A stretch of DNA of 64,000 bases from an uncultured Acidobacteriaceae bacterium (GTDB lineage: Bacteria; Acidobacteriota; Terriglobia; Terriglobales; Acidobacteriaceae), in the NCBI GenBank assembly GCA_963830325.1, contig CAWHMV010000019.1:17168-81167 (forward strand). The letters run 5' to 3'. The notes beneath the pieces were generated by a model. It worked only from the letters and a program-made list of their open reading frames with translations, did no database searches and was not told the DNA's origin. A program made the position numbers and the translations under genes. Positions 35,556-44,925 of this stretch are shown here, one piece after another. The first letter of the stretch is position 1. Each line of letters starts with the position of its first letter.

Positions 35556-36362
35556 ATGCCCAAAAATACTGTCACCGATTCCATCACCGATCAGGAAATG
35601 GCCTTTGCTCACCTGATCATGTCCGGAACCATGAATGACCGCCGCGCCGCAGAAGCTGTCGGTCTCAACCCCGAAACCGCCGCCTACACCAAAGCCAAGC
35701 CCCGCGTCCGCGCCTACATGAATGAGCACCGCGCCGCCGTCAGGGAAAGGCTGGTGGACCAGGAAGCCGACCTGTCCCGCCTGCCCCGGCTTGCCGTGGG
35801 GCGTGCCGTGGAGGGGCTGCGCAAGCTGAACCTTGGTCGCGACCAGATCCTGGCCCGGCTCTGGGAACTGGCCACTCTTAGCCACGAAGCGACCAGGGGC
35901 ACAATCGCCGGCCAGATCAAGGCTCTTACCATGATCGTAGCCATCGAAGGCCTGATTCCGTCCGGAATGAATGCCCGCCGCCTTTCGCCATCCGGGACGC
36001 AACCCGCGGCCCCTCCCGTCGAACCAGACATCTACAAATCACAATGGCTCCGCGAACAGGAGCATCAACCTGTGGGCGGGGAGTCAAGGGACCCCGTTAC
36101 CGCCACGAAAACCCCACCCGACGCGCCCCAGGTCTCCGAGCCGGAGCCTGCTCCCGAGCCAGCCCCAACACCGGCTAACGACACGTCGTCTCCGAACCTT
36201 GATCGCAACCAACCCAGCCTTGCCAATCCCTTCATCAACCCCGTAAGGCCGAACTGGGTTCCCGACGCGACCGGCTGCGTCTTCGATGCCGTTCTGGACC
36301 AAGGCAGCTCCCTCAGGCTGCCCTTTTCCCCATATAAACGCTTCTCTGGGCGGCGCCGCTGA
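35556..36362 (+). CDS. Orphan phage terminase small-subunit-like (Terminase_2-type HTH) protein with Pro-rich C-terminal tail
   Basis: 268 aa. N-terminal ITDQEMAFAHLIMSGTMNDRRAAEAVGLNPETAAYTKAKPRVRAYMNEH follows the TerS pattern (LT.KQ..F...Y...G.N...AA..AGYS..TA....L...V...I). ...RDQILARLWELATLS... and GQIKALTMIVAIEGLIP follow the ..VL..L..IA.. and DKLKALELLGKHLG.F pattern. The last ~130 residues are Pro/Glu/Ala-rich and of low complexity. Confidence 0.55.
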   Translation: MPKNTVTDSITDQEMAFAHLIMSGTMNDRRAAEAVGLNPETAAYTKAKPRVRAYMNEHRAAVRERLVDQEADLSRLPRLAVGRAVEGLRKLNLGRDQILARLWELATLSHEATRGTIAGQIKALTMIVAIEGLIPSGMNARRLSPSGTQPAAPPVEPDIYKSQWLREQEHQPVGGESRDPVTATKTPPDAPQVSEPEPAPEPAPTPANDTSSPNLDRNQPSLANPFINPVRPNWVPDATGCVFDAVLDQGSSLRLPFSPYKRFSGRRR

Positions 36363-36495
36363 AGTCTATAAAAAGCCAAATTTTATCGAATTTTACAAAA
36401 TATCCCGCTCACTTCTCGCGGGACTGGGTGACCGTGCCAAAAAACTGGTAATTCGTCGAACTTACCTTGGTGGCTCAAAATCGACTGCCCCGCTT

Positions 36496-39400
36496 TTAAG
36501 AAAGCAGTAGCTCGATATCTTCCCGAGTAAGGTCTCGGATGAGGCTGTTCTCTGCGCCGATGATGGCGTCAGCCAAGTTTCGCTTGGTCTCCTGCAGTTG
36601 CAGCACTTTTTCTTCAACAGTATCGCGGGCAATCAAACGATAGGCAAAGACCTGGCGCTCTTGACCGATGCGATGGGTTCGGTCGACAGCCTGAGCCTCG
36701 ACAGCAGGATTCCACCAGGGATCGAGAATAAAGACATAGTCGGCAGCGGTCAGGTTCAAACCCACGCCCCCGGCTTTGAGGCTGATGAGGAAGAGAGGGC
36801 AGCTGGGGTCCTCCTGGAAACGCTCGACTCGGGCTTGGCGGTCGATCGTCTTACCATCGAGATATTCGTATTCAATGCCGTCGCTTGCAAGACTGGCACG
36901 AACGATCGCGAGCAAGCTGGTGAATTGGGAAAATACGAGTGCCTTATGGCCTTCTTCAACGACGGCATGCAGTTGCTCCAGCAGAACAACGAGCTTCGCG
37001 CTGGGGTCTTTCACAAGTTTGCGGTCCACCAGCCCTGGGTGGCAGGCTGCTTGTCGCAGGCGCAGCAGCGCTTCAAGCACCTGTATCTTTGACTTCCCGA
37101 TGCTTTCCGCGCCGATCTTGTGCAAGAGAGCTTCGCGGTAGTGGTCGCGCAGCTCGTTGTAGAGGGCCCGTTGGCGGGTCTCCATCTCGCAATAGATGGT
37201 CTGTTCGATCTTTGGTGGAAGTTCCTTGGCAACCTGCTCTTTGGTGCGCCGCAAAAGGAATGGGCGTAGCGCACGCGCGAGCAACTTGCGGGTCTCGCCG
37301 TCAGGATCTCGCTTGGACGCGCCCGCGAGCGGAAAGGCCGCAGACGTTCCCAGCATGCCGGGGTTGAGGAATTCGAAGAGCGACCAAAGCTCGCCCAGAT
37401 GATTCTCGATCGGCGTCCCACTCAGCGCTAGTCGGTGATGAGCGCGCAGCAGGCGGGCTGCCTTTGCCGATTCGGTGTTTCCGTTCTTGATGGCTTGTGC
37501 CTCGTCGAGAATCACATAGTCAAAAACTCTGTCTTTAAAGTGCACAGCATCGCGGCGCAGCGTGCCGTATGTGGTGAGGATGACGTCGTAGAGGGAGAAC
37601 GCATCCTTCTCGCGTGTATGGCTGCGTGCCGTGCCGGTGTAATCCAGCACGCGAAGTTGCGGAGTGAATCGCTGAACCTCCTGCTTCCAGTTGAAAATCA
37701 GCGATTTGGGAACCACCACCACCGATGGCGCTTCAATCTTCGCTTGCGTCCGCATTTCGCGGCGGGTTTCTAGAAGGGCAAGCACCTGCGCGGTCTTACC
37801 TACGCCCATATCATCGGCAAGGCATCCGCCAAATGAGAACTGGCGGAGGAAATGCATCCAGCCCAAGCCTTCCCGCTGATAGCCGCGCAAGCACCCGTTA
37901 AAACCGCTGGGCTGTTCGGCGGGACCGATCGATGCAAACTGTGCCAACTCCTCGCGCACACGCCTGAAGGTTTCGTCGCAATCCAGGGTTGGCTGTGTCG
38001 CTAGGAGGGCGTCGAGGACTCCGGCTTGGCTGGGGCGGAAACGAATGTGATCCCCGTCTGCTTCGCCCATGTTGGCCACATCGCCGAACCGGCGCAGCCA
38101 CTCTTCCGGCAGTAAGCCGTAAGAGCCATCATCGAGCGTCACCATCGTCTCGCCCCGTTTGAGCGCCGCCAGCAACCGCGGCAGTTGGGCCGTCGTCTCT
38201 CCGTATTCGACCGCGCCTTGAAGTTCGAACCAGTCCACGCCGCTGGCGACTGAGGCGCTACCCTTACCAGGTTGGCGAAACAGCTTACCGGCCGCAGTGA
38301 CCAGCCAACCCAACTCAGCCAGAGTGCGCACAGCGCGCGGCAGCTTGCTAGGCGTAAGTGTCCACTCTGCGTCCCCGGTCCAAGACCCCGCGGTAAACCG
38401 TATGCCGGCTTCCTGCATTTGCTCTATAGCGGCTTTTTCCAATACGCCGTCGCGCCGTATGAATCGTCGCGCAGATGCGTCGTAGATGCCTCGCGATGGC
38501 GTCTTTTCCGCCACAGAGTGGCCTTCATATTCAAAGGACAACTCCGCTGTCATACGTGAGTTAATCCTTCCGTAACTCTTGACGGGCCCTGAAATTTTGA
38601 GGCATGGCCGTGGAGGAACCTCGACTTCTTCATATCTCCACTCCTCGGGCAGATCGATCGCAGGCAGCGTCGGCGAGCCCAGCAGGCTGCCAAGAAACTC
38701 CTCCCGTTCCTCATCCGGAACTGCGATAGAGCCGTTCTTGCGTAGGCCCGTGATCCAGGCAAGCGTCTCATTGTCGGCCAGCCGCGCGACTGAGTCGCGC
38801 ATAACCAGAATGCCGCCACCTGTTGCCAGCAAGGGTTCGTTCACCGCCATCCGCTGCTCCCCGCGGCGAAAGTCCCCTGTCAATTGCCATCCGGTCGGTC
38901 GGCTTCCGCAAATCTCCAGAACAAATCTCCACGGTTCCCCATCGTCCCACTCGATGGGCAGCTTCTCGAGTTCATCCTGGGAGAAGGGGAGAAAGCAGCG
39001 TCTAGTTCCCAGCACCCTGGGCAGCACAGTCTGCGCCATCAGCGGCGAGAGTGAAAAGAAGTCGGGACCACGATCGTAGCTGTCGTAATAGTCGTACGAC
39101 TGATAGGGATTGGCCTCAATCAGCAGGGTCAAAATCTCCCGGTCCTCTTGAATAGGCAGGCCCGCAATCCGGCCTCGAGACATCGGGCATGGTTTGGGAA
39201 TATTCCTCAATCCACCCTCTTTGTTGCGCCCCCGGGTTGCAATACCGAGCGCGAGGGCGCCGGTGGCGCTACTCCGAGCGACGTCCAGAATGTAGACAAG
39301 TTCCGAGCGCGCGGGCCACGTTGGCCCACCACTTCGACTGGGGGCCTGAGTCTCCGTAATCCGGCCTAACTGCGCCTTCCAGGCCGGCAGCCGGACAGGT

Positions 39401-39858
39401 GGAGAGATCCGACCGTTCTTATCCAGTTGGACGGTCGGCGCGGATCTCCAACTCTCGTTCGCGATCGTCATCACATCCCCGCGGGCTTGCTTTGCGGCAT
39501 GCTCGCTTCGCTCGAGCAACGTCTCTTGTTCGAGGGCCATAGGACTCTCTACCTCGGAGAGATGTCCTCGCTCCTCCGCTTCCAGGATCGTGGCCCAGAT
39601 GTGCTTACAGAGATTGCCGTGCTCCTCGAAAAAGGGGCAGTCACACCCGGCCGTCAGCTTGCCGTTCGACCACTTCAGCGAGACGTTGTAGAGCTCCGAT
39701 CCTTGCACCAGCGCGCCTACTTCGGTAGGCGAGCCCACGCGAATCATCACCCGCTTTCCCATGAAGTATTTTTCGCCGCGATCTCTCGAGGAGGCACTGA
39801 ACCCCTTCGCCAGGATCGCAGGGAGCTGGGCGCGCGAGATATTACCTAAATGACTCAC
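36496..39858 (-). CDS. SWIM-zinc-finger SNF2-family helicase/ATPase
   Basis: 1120 aa. N-terminal SWIM CxCx(n)CxH (CDCPFFEEHGNLCKHIW) and a long SNF2-associated middle region. SNF2 motifs LRGYQREGLGWM, DDMGVGKT (I), DEAQAIKN (II), KALVFSQFTS, and QAVDRTHRIGQ (VI). Confidence 0.88.
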   Translation of the reverse strand: MSHLGNISRAQLPAILAKGFSASSRDRGEKYFMGKRVMIRVGSPTEVGALVQGSELYNVSLKWSNGKLTAGCDCPFFEEHGNLCKHIWATILEAEERGHLSEVESPMALEQETLLERSEHAAKQARGDVMTIANESWRSAPTVQLDKNGRISPPVRLPAWKAQLGRITETQAPSRSGGPTWPARSELVYILDVARSSATGALALGIATRGRNKEGGLRNIPKPCPMSRGRIAGLPIQEDREILTLLIEANPYQSYDYYDSYDRGPDFFSLSPLMAQTVLPRVLGTRRCFLPFSQDELEKLPIEWDDGEPWRFVLEICGSRPTGWQLTGDFRRGEQRMAVNEPLLATGGGILVMRDSVARLADNETLAWITGLRKNGSIAVPDEEREEFLGSLLGSPTLPAIDLPEEWRYEEVEVPPRPCLKISGPVKSYGRINSRMTAELSFEYEGHSVAEKTPSRGIYDASARRFIRRDGVLEKAAIEQMQEAGIRFTAGSWTGDAEWTLTPSKLPRAVRTLAELGWLVTAAGKLFRQPGKGSASVASGVDWFELQGAVEYGETTAQLPRLLAALKRGETMVTLDDGSYGLLPEEWLRRFGDVANMGEADGDHIRFRPSQAGVLDALLATQPTLDCDETFRRVREELAQFASIGPAEQPSGFNGCLRGYQREGLGWMHFLRQFSFGGCLADDMGVGKTAQVLALLETRREMRTQAKIEAPSVVVVPKSLIFNWKQEVQRFTPQLRVLDYTGTARSHTREKDAFSLYDVILTTYGTLRRDAVHFKDRVFDYVILDEAQAIKNGNTESAKAARLLRAHHRLALSGTPIENHLGELWSLFEFLNPGMLGTSAAFPLAGASKRDPDGETRKLLARALRPFLLRRTKEQVAKELPPKIEQTIYCEMETRQRALYNELRDHYREALLHKIGAESIGKSKIQVLEALLRLRQAACHPGLVDRKLVKDPSAKLVVLLEQLHAVVEEGHKALVFSQFTSLLAIVRASLASDGIEYEYLDGKTIDRQARVERFQEDPSCPLFLISLKAGGVGLNLTAADYVFILDPWWNPAVEAQAVDRTHRIGQERQVFAYRLIARDTVEEKVLQLQETKRNLADAIIGAENSLIRDLTREDIELLLS

Positions 39859-40050
39859 TTGTTCATTCTAGTTAACCTCTAGCAGCAGCAGACAAGGTAC
39901 GTAGTGGATATCGCAGCAAAAACCATGAGTAGTGCAATTGGGACTTGGCTTCCTTCTTGCCGACGTTCTCTATGCGGCCAGACGCTACCCCTCCTATTCC
40001 TGGGGTTCGCCCGCTTACAATTTGCTTAGAGAGCGAACGAGGAGCATCTT

Positions 40051-40989
40051 CTGAAACGAGTCCGCGTTATCGATTCACACACCGGCGGTGAGCCTACCCG
40101 AACCGTCATCGAAGGAGGCCCTGGCCTCGGCAGCGGCGACCTGCAGCAGCGTCGCCTTCTGTTTCAGAAGGATCACGAAGCCTTCCGCCGGGCCCTTGTC
40201 ACCGAACCGCGTGCCTCGGAAGCGGTGGTGGGCGCATTGCTCTGCCAGCCCACCCGTGCGGACTGCATTACGGGCGTCATCTTTTTCAACAACAGCGGAT
40301 GCCTGGGCATGTGCGGGCATGGAACCATCGGTGTTGTAGCCACACTCGCGTATCTGGGCAGGATCCAGCCCGGTCCTCATCGCATGGAAACGCCAGTAGG
40401 CGTTGTGGGAGTCACTCTGAACGAAGACGGCGCCGTGACCTTCGAAAACGTACCCAGCTACCGCTGGGCCGCTGCCATCAATGTCGAAGTGCCCGGATTC
40501 GGTGTGGTGACCGGCGACGTTGCCTGGGGTGGCAACTGGTTTTTTCTGATCAAACATCACCCCTTCACGATTGCAAAAGCGAACCTTGACCAGCTCATCC
40601 ATTTCACCTGGCAGGTTCGCCAAGCACTCACCGCCGCCGGCATTCGCGGTACGGAGGGCGCCGAGATCGACCACATCGAACTCCATAGCCCGGGCTCATC
40701 GCCAAACGTGAACAGCCGGAATTTCGTGCTTTGCCCAGGCAAGGAGTACGACCGGTCCCCCTGCGGCACGGGCACCAGCGCCAAGTTGGCCTGCTTGTAT
40801 GCCGAAGGCCTCCTGGCTCCCGGCCAGGTCTGGCGGCAGGAAAGCGTGATCGGGAGCATCTTCGAAGGCCGCATCGTTCTGCGAGACGGCCACCTCCTGC
40901 CCACCATTACCGGCGCAGCGTTTATTACGGCCGAGTCGACCCTTATCCTCGATCCCCGTGATGCCTTTTGCTGGGGCATCCCGGCATGA
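40051..40989 (+). CDS. Proline racemase-family enzyme, Cys/Cys type (probable 4-hydroxyproline 2-epimerase); apparent CTG start
   Basis: The frame is open from 40030 (in-frame TAG at 40027-40029). The conserved N-terminus (L)KRVRVIDSHTGGEPTRTVIEGGP begins at CTG 40051, 6 nt after GAGGAG. Catalytic contexts are GCLGMCGHGTIG and DRSPCGTGTSAKLA. The track ORF start (40225) would delete the conserved N-terminal ~58 residues. Confidence 0.8.
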   Translation: MKRVRVIDSHTGGEPTRTVIEGGPGLGSGDLQQRRLLFQKDHEAFRRALVTEPRASEAVVGALLCQPTRADCITGVIFFNNSGCLGMCGHGTIGVVATLAYLGRIQPGPHRMETPVGVVGVTLNEDGAVTFENVPSYRWAAAINVEVPGFGVVTGDVAWGGNWFFLIKHHPFTIAKANLDQLIHFTWQVRQALTAAGIRGTEGAEIDHIELHSPGSSPNVNSRNFVLCPGKEYDRSPCGTGTSAKLACLYAEGLLAPGQVWRQESVIGSIFEGRIVLRDGHLLPTITGAAFITAESTLILDPRDAFCWGIPA

Positions 40990-42098
40990 TCACAACGTTC
41001 GACGCAGTCATTGTTGGTGGGGGAATTGTGGGCGCCGCATGTGCCCTGACTTTTACCCGCCAGGGTTTGCGCCTGGCACTGGTGGAACCCGGGGAGATCG
41101 GCGGCGCCGCCACCGCTGCAGCCATGGGCCACATTGTCGTTCTCGATGATTCACCGGCTCAGCTGGCGTTGACCCGCTACTCGCAGCTGCTATGGCGAGA
41201 GATGGCAGGCCACCTGCCACCGGACGTGGAATACACCCAGCGCGGTACGGTCTGGGTGGCGGCCGATCATGAGGAAATGCAGGAGATCTGTCGCAAACAC
41301 AGTGTCTATACTCAAAGCGAAATCCCGTCCGAGGTGATATGTCGGGAAGCGCTCGCGTCCCTCGAGCCCGCATTGCGCCGCGGCCTTGTGGGGGGATGGT
41401 TGGTGCCTGAGGATGTAGTCGTAGCCCCCCAGCTAGCTGCACGATCTATGCTCCAGCAGGCCCTCGCAGCGGGCGCGACCCTGGTTCGAGAAACGGCAGC
41501 TTCCATGAAATCGGGTGTCGTCGTGCTTAGTAACGGCGACCAGCTACACGCGCCCATTCTCGTCAACGCGGCGGGTGAGGGAGCCCCCGCGTTGACCCCC
41601 GGACTTCCCGTAGCTATGCGCAAGGGACATCTGGCAATCACCCATCCCTACCCCGGATTTCTGCGCCACCAGGTCGTCGAGCTGGGATACCTGAAGAGTG
41701 CACATATCACAACCACGGATACAGTAGCTTTTAACGTGCAGCCAAGACAGAACGGGCAGCTGCTTGTCGGTTCGTCACGTCAATTTGGCGTCAAGAGCAG
41801 GGAAGTGGATGAGCGAATCCTGACCCGTATGTATGCCCGCGCCGCGGAATACGTGCCGGCGTTGCCGTCACTTTCCATCGAACGGACCTGGACCGGCTTT
41901 CGCTCTGCCACTCCAGACAAGCTGCCGTTGATCGGTCCTTCCGCGGACGACGAGACCCTCTTTCTAGCCACCGGACACGAAGGTCTGGGAATTACCACCT
42001 CGCTGGGAACCGCACAACTCCTGGCAGATTTCCTTGCAGGGAGAACACCGGCCATCCCGATAGCTCCCTACTTGCCTTCGCGGGCAATGTTGGCGTAG
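40986..42098 (+). CDS. FAD-dependent oxidoreductase (DAO family; D-hydroxyproline/D-amino-acid dehydrogenase-like)
   Basis: Trimmed to ATG 40986, with an ATGA overlap onto the epimerase stop. Dinucleotide fold MITTFDAVIVGGGIVGAACAL. Confidence 0.8.
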   Translation: MITTFDAVIVGGGIVGAACALTFTRQGLRLALVEPGEIGGAATAAAMGHIVVLDDSPAQLALTRYSQLLWREMAGHLPPDVEYTQRGTVWVAADHEEMQEICRKHSVYTQSEIPSEVICREALASLEPALRRGLVGGWLVPEDVVVAPQLAARSMLQQALAAGATLVRETAASMKSGVVVLSNGDQLHAPILVNAAGEGAPALTPGLPVAMRKGHLAITHPYPGFLRHQVVELGYLKSAHITTTDTVAFNVQPRQNGQLLVGSSRQFGVKSREVDERILTRMYARAAEYVPALPSLSIERTWTGFRSATPDKLPLIGPSADDETLFLATGHEGLGITTSLGTAQLLADFLAGRTPAIPIAPYLPSRAMLA

Positions 42099-42150
42099 GG
42101 TTTCGCCTCTCAGGTACATTGAACAGGCTTCCGTAAGGAGAAGCAGATCA

Positions 42151-43185
42151 ATGCCAGAGGTTACTCCCGCTCAGTCAGAAGCCCTATCGGCGCAGGCTCA
42201 ACTCATCCAGATGGCCTGGGCACATCAAATCTCCAGCCTGGTACGTGTGGCCGCCGAATTGAAGCTCGCGGATCATCTCGCTGAAGGGTCCAAGAACGCC
42301 GAGCAGCTGGCGCAATTAACCTCGACCCATGCACCATCGCTCTACCGGGTCATGCGAACTCTTGCCAGTCTCGGACTCTTCACCGAAGATGAACGGCATT
42401 ATTTCGCGCTCACACCACTCGGAGAGCCGCTCAGATCGGGAACGCCGGGTTCTGTCCGCAACTCCGTGCTGACCATGACCGGCGACATGTTCTGCAAACC
42501 ACTCGCTAACCTGCTTTACTCCGTCCAGACGGGCAAAACCGGATTCGGCAAGGCATTTGGCGCGGAGATCTTTGACTGGCTTCCTCACCATCCAGAAGAA
42601 GCGGCGATGTTCAGCGACCTGATGGTAGGTTTTCACGGTCCGGAAACGGCTGCGGTCGCCGCCGCCTACGATTTCAGCGGACTCGCCAGCCTGGTGGATG
42701 TGGGTGGCGCCACTGGAAACATGCTCACCACAATTCTCGGCAGGCACCTTGGGCCGCGCGCGGTGGTATTCGACCTCCCTCACAACCGGGCCGGCGCCAC
42801 CACGTTTATCCAAGCGCGTGGCATGGGGGATCGCATTGAATTTGTGGACGGTAGTTTCTTCGAGAGCGTGCCCTCGGGCGGCGACGCGTACCTGATGTCC
42901 CATATCATCCACGACTGGAGCGAAGATCAGTGTCTTACCATCCTGGGCAACTGCCGCCGAGCCATGAAGGCAACCAGTCGCTTGCTGATCATCGAGATGG
43001 TCCTCCCGGCCGGTGATACTCCCCACACCGGCAAGATGACCGATATCGTGATGCTGACCGTCCCCGGCGGCCAGGAGCGGACGGAGCTGGAGTATGGCCA
43101 GCTGCTCAAAAAAGGTGGATTTAAGCTGGCGCGAGTAGTGCCGACCGAATCAGCGGCTAGCATCGTGGAGGCCTTTCCCGCTTAG
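42151..43185 (+). CDS. SAM-dependent O-methyltransferase (family 2, with N-terminal dimerisation/wHTH domain)
   Basis: 344 aa. The N-terminus ...VRVAAELKLADHLAEGSKNAEQLAQLTSTHAPSLYRVMRTLASLGLF is typical of plant/bacterial OMT-2. SAM motif LVDVGGATG. Also ...DAYLMSHIIHDWSEDQC.... Confidence 0.8.
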   Translation: MPEVTPAQSEALSAQAQLIQMAWAHQISSLVRVAAELKLADHLAEGSKNAEQLAQLTSTHAPSLYRVMRTLASLGLFTEDERHYFALTPLGEPLRSGTPGSVRNSVLTMTGDMFCKPLANLLYSVQTGKTGFGKAFGAEIFDWLPHHPEEAAMFSDLMVGFHGPETAAVAAAYDFSGLASLVDVGGATGNMLTTILGRHLGPRAVVFDLPHNRAGATTFIQARGMGDRIEFVDGSFFESVPSGGDAYLMSHIIHDWSEDQCLTILGNCRRAMKATSRLLIIEMVLPAGDTPHTGKMTDIVMLTVPGGQERTELEYGQLLKKGGFKLARVVPTESAASIVEAFPA

Positions 43186-43231
43186 CCACTCCTGCTCCGT
43201 AGGTAGACTGGTTGAGGCAAAGGAGCACATC

Positions 43232-44845
43232 ATGGAGCTTGCACTGGAATTGAAACCCGCATCGCTGATCGGTTTTGGAGATGGCGCAGAAGGAGCATCC
43301 TTCACCGGCGTCAACCCGGCGACTGGTGCAGCGCTGGAACCGAAGTTTTTCTCCGCAAGCGCCGAGGACTTGGAGCGGGCCGCTGCGCTGGCGCAAAGCG
43401 CCTTCCCCATCTACAGCAATCTCTCAGGCAAGGAAAGGGGCGCCTTTCTGCGTAGCATCGCTGCTTCCATCGAGGCGGCGGCTCCGGCGATCATCCAAAG
43501 GGCCCATCTGGAAACAGCACTGCCTGAAGCGAGACTGACAGGCGAGGTGGGGCGAACCTGCGGCCAGCTGAGACTCTTCGCTCAAGTAGTGGAAGAGGGT
43601 TCCTGGGTGGATGCGCGCATCGATGACGCCGATCCTGAGCGAAAGCCGCTACCCAAGCCTTCCATCCGCTCCATGCACAAGCCGTTGGGACCGGTGGCCG
43701 TTTTCGGCGCCAGCAATTTCCCCTTGTCCTTCTCCGTCGCCGGTGGAGACACCGCTTCCGCGCTCGCCGCCGGAAATCCGGTCATCGTCAAGGCGCATCC
43801 GGCGCATCCTGGAACCAGCGCCCTGGTCGGCCAGGCCATCCGCGAAAGCGTGAAGGCCAGCGGCCTGCCGGAAGGTGTTTTCTCCATGCTGTTCGACTCC
43901 GGAGTGGATGTAGGTGTCCAGCTGGTGAAACACCCCGCCATCAAAGCAGTGGCGTTCACCGGCTCCTTTGCCGGAGGTACGGCGCTCATGAAGCTGGCCG
44001 CTGCCCGCCCAGAGCCGATCCCTTGCTACTCCGAAATGGGAAGCGTCAATCCTGTATTCGTTCTCCCCGGCGCATTGAAGCAACGGGGAAGCGCAGTGGC
44101 CACCGGTCTACAGGCCTCCTTTACCCTGGGAGCCGGCCAATTCTGCACCAAGCCAGGACTTGTGCTGGTCCCGCAACAAGACGGCACACCGGGATTTATG
44201 AAGGAATTGGGTGACAAGGTCAGCGGCACACCCACGCAAACTCTCCTGACCAAGGCCATCGCCGATCGTTACCGGTCGGCGGTCAAGGGTCGTTTGGCCG
44301 ACGCCGACGTGCTTGCGGAAGGGGCAAAAGCCGAAACCAGCACCGACGCCGCGACCGTACAGGCCTCGCTCTTTGTTGCCGATTACAAAGATCTGATGGA
44401 ACACGAGGAACTGGCGCAGGAGATCTTCGGGCCCACGACCGTCGTGGTTGGCTACCAGGATCGCAAGCAGTTGCTGGCTGTCGCCGAACAATTGGAAGGT
44501 CACCTCACCGCGACCCTGCAGGCGGACGAGAGTGAACTGGCAGACTATGCTGACCTGATCGACATCCTCTCCCGCAAGGTGGGCCGCCTGATCCTGAACG
44601 CCTACCCCACCGGGGTGGAGGTCTGCCACGCCATGGTGCACGGAGGTCCGTTCCCGGCCACCAGCGATGGCCGCTCCACGTCCGTGGGCAGCCAGGCCAT
44701 CTTCCGCTTCACCCGGCTGGTCTGCTACCAGTCTTTTCCCGACGCCGCTCTCCCGGATGAGCTGAAGAGCAATAACCCGCTGGGAATCATGCGCATGGTC
44801 GACGGAGACAGAACCCGCAAGCCCTCCCGCAAGCCCTCCGCCTAG
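43232..44845 (+). CDS. NADP-type aldehyde dehydrogenase (alpha-ketoglutaric semialdehyde / 2,5-dioxovalerate dehydrogenase-like)
   Basis: 537 aa. N-terminal LIGFGDGAEGASFTGVNPATGAALEPKFFSASAEDLERAAALAQSAFPIY, catalytic Cys context LGAGQFCTKPG, and the Glu context ...YSEMGSVNPV.... Confidence 0.8.
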   Translation: MELALELKPASLIGFGDGAEGASFTGVNPATGAALEPKFFSASAEDLERAAALAQSAFPIYSNLSGKERGAFLRSIAASIEAAAPAIIQRAHLETALPEARLTGEVGRTCGQLRLFAQVVEEGSWVDARIDDADPERKPLPKPSIRSMHKPLGPVAVFGASNFPLSFSVAGGDTASALAAGNPVIVKAHPAHPGTSALVGQAIRESVKASGLPEGVFSMLFDSGVDVGVQLVKHPAIKAVAFTGSFAGGTALMKLAAARPEPIPCYSEMGSVNPVFVLPGALKQRGSAVATGLQASFTLGAGQFCTKPGLVLVPQQDGTPGFMKELGDKVSGTPTQTLLTKAIADRYRSAVKGRLADADVLAEGAKAETSTDAATVQASLFVADYKDLMEHEELAQEIFGPTTVVVGYQDRKQLLAVAEQLEGHLTATLQADESELADYADLIDILSRKVGRLILNAYPTGVEVCHAMVHGGPFPATSDGRSTSVGSQAIFRFTRLVCYQSFPDAALPDELKSNNPLGIMRMVDGDRTRKPSRKPSA

Positions 44846-44925
44846 CGTCCCGCTATGCGGTCCGCGTGACGACCCCCGGGCCACCCCTGTAAACTCACTT
44901 GCGACACGAAGAGAGAGGGTTGGCC

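Noticed and set aside
36496-39858. SNF2 helicase as part of DISARM/BREX-like defence
   Set aside because: No DUF1998, PLD, methyltransferase, PglZ or other partner genes are on either side. The flanking genes are metabolic, or the lone TerS-like ORF.
40225-40989. ORF-track version (254 aa) of the proline-racemase-family gene
   Set aside because: It would delete the conserved IDSHTGGEPTR N-terminal segment, which is encoded in frame upstream. See the CTG-start finding.
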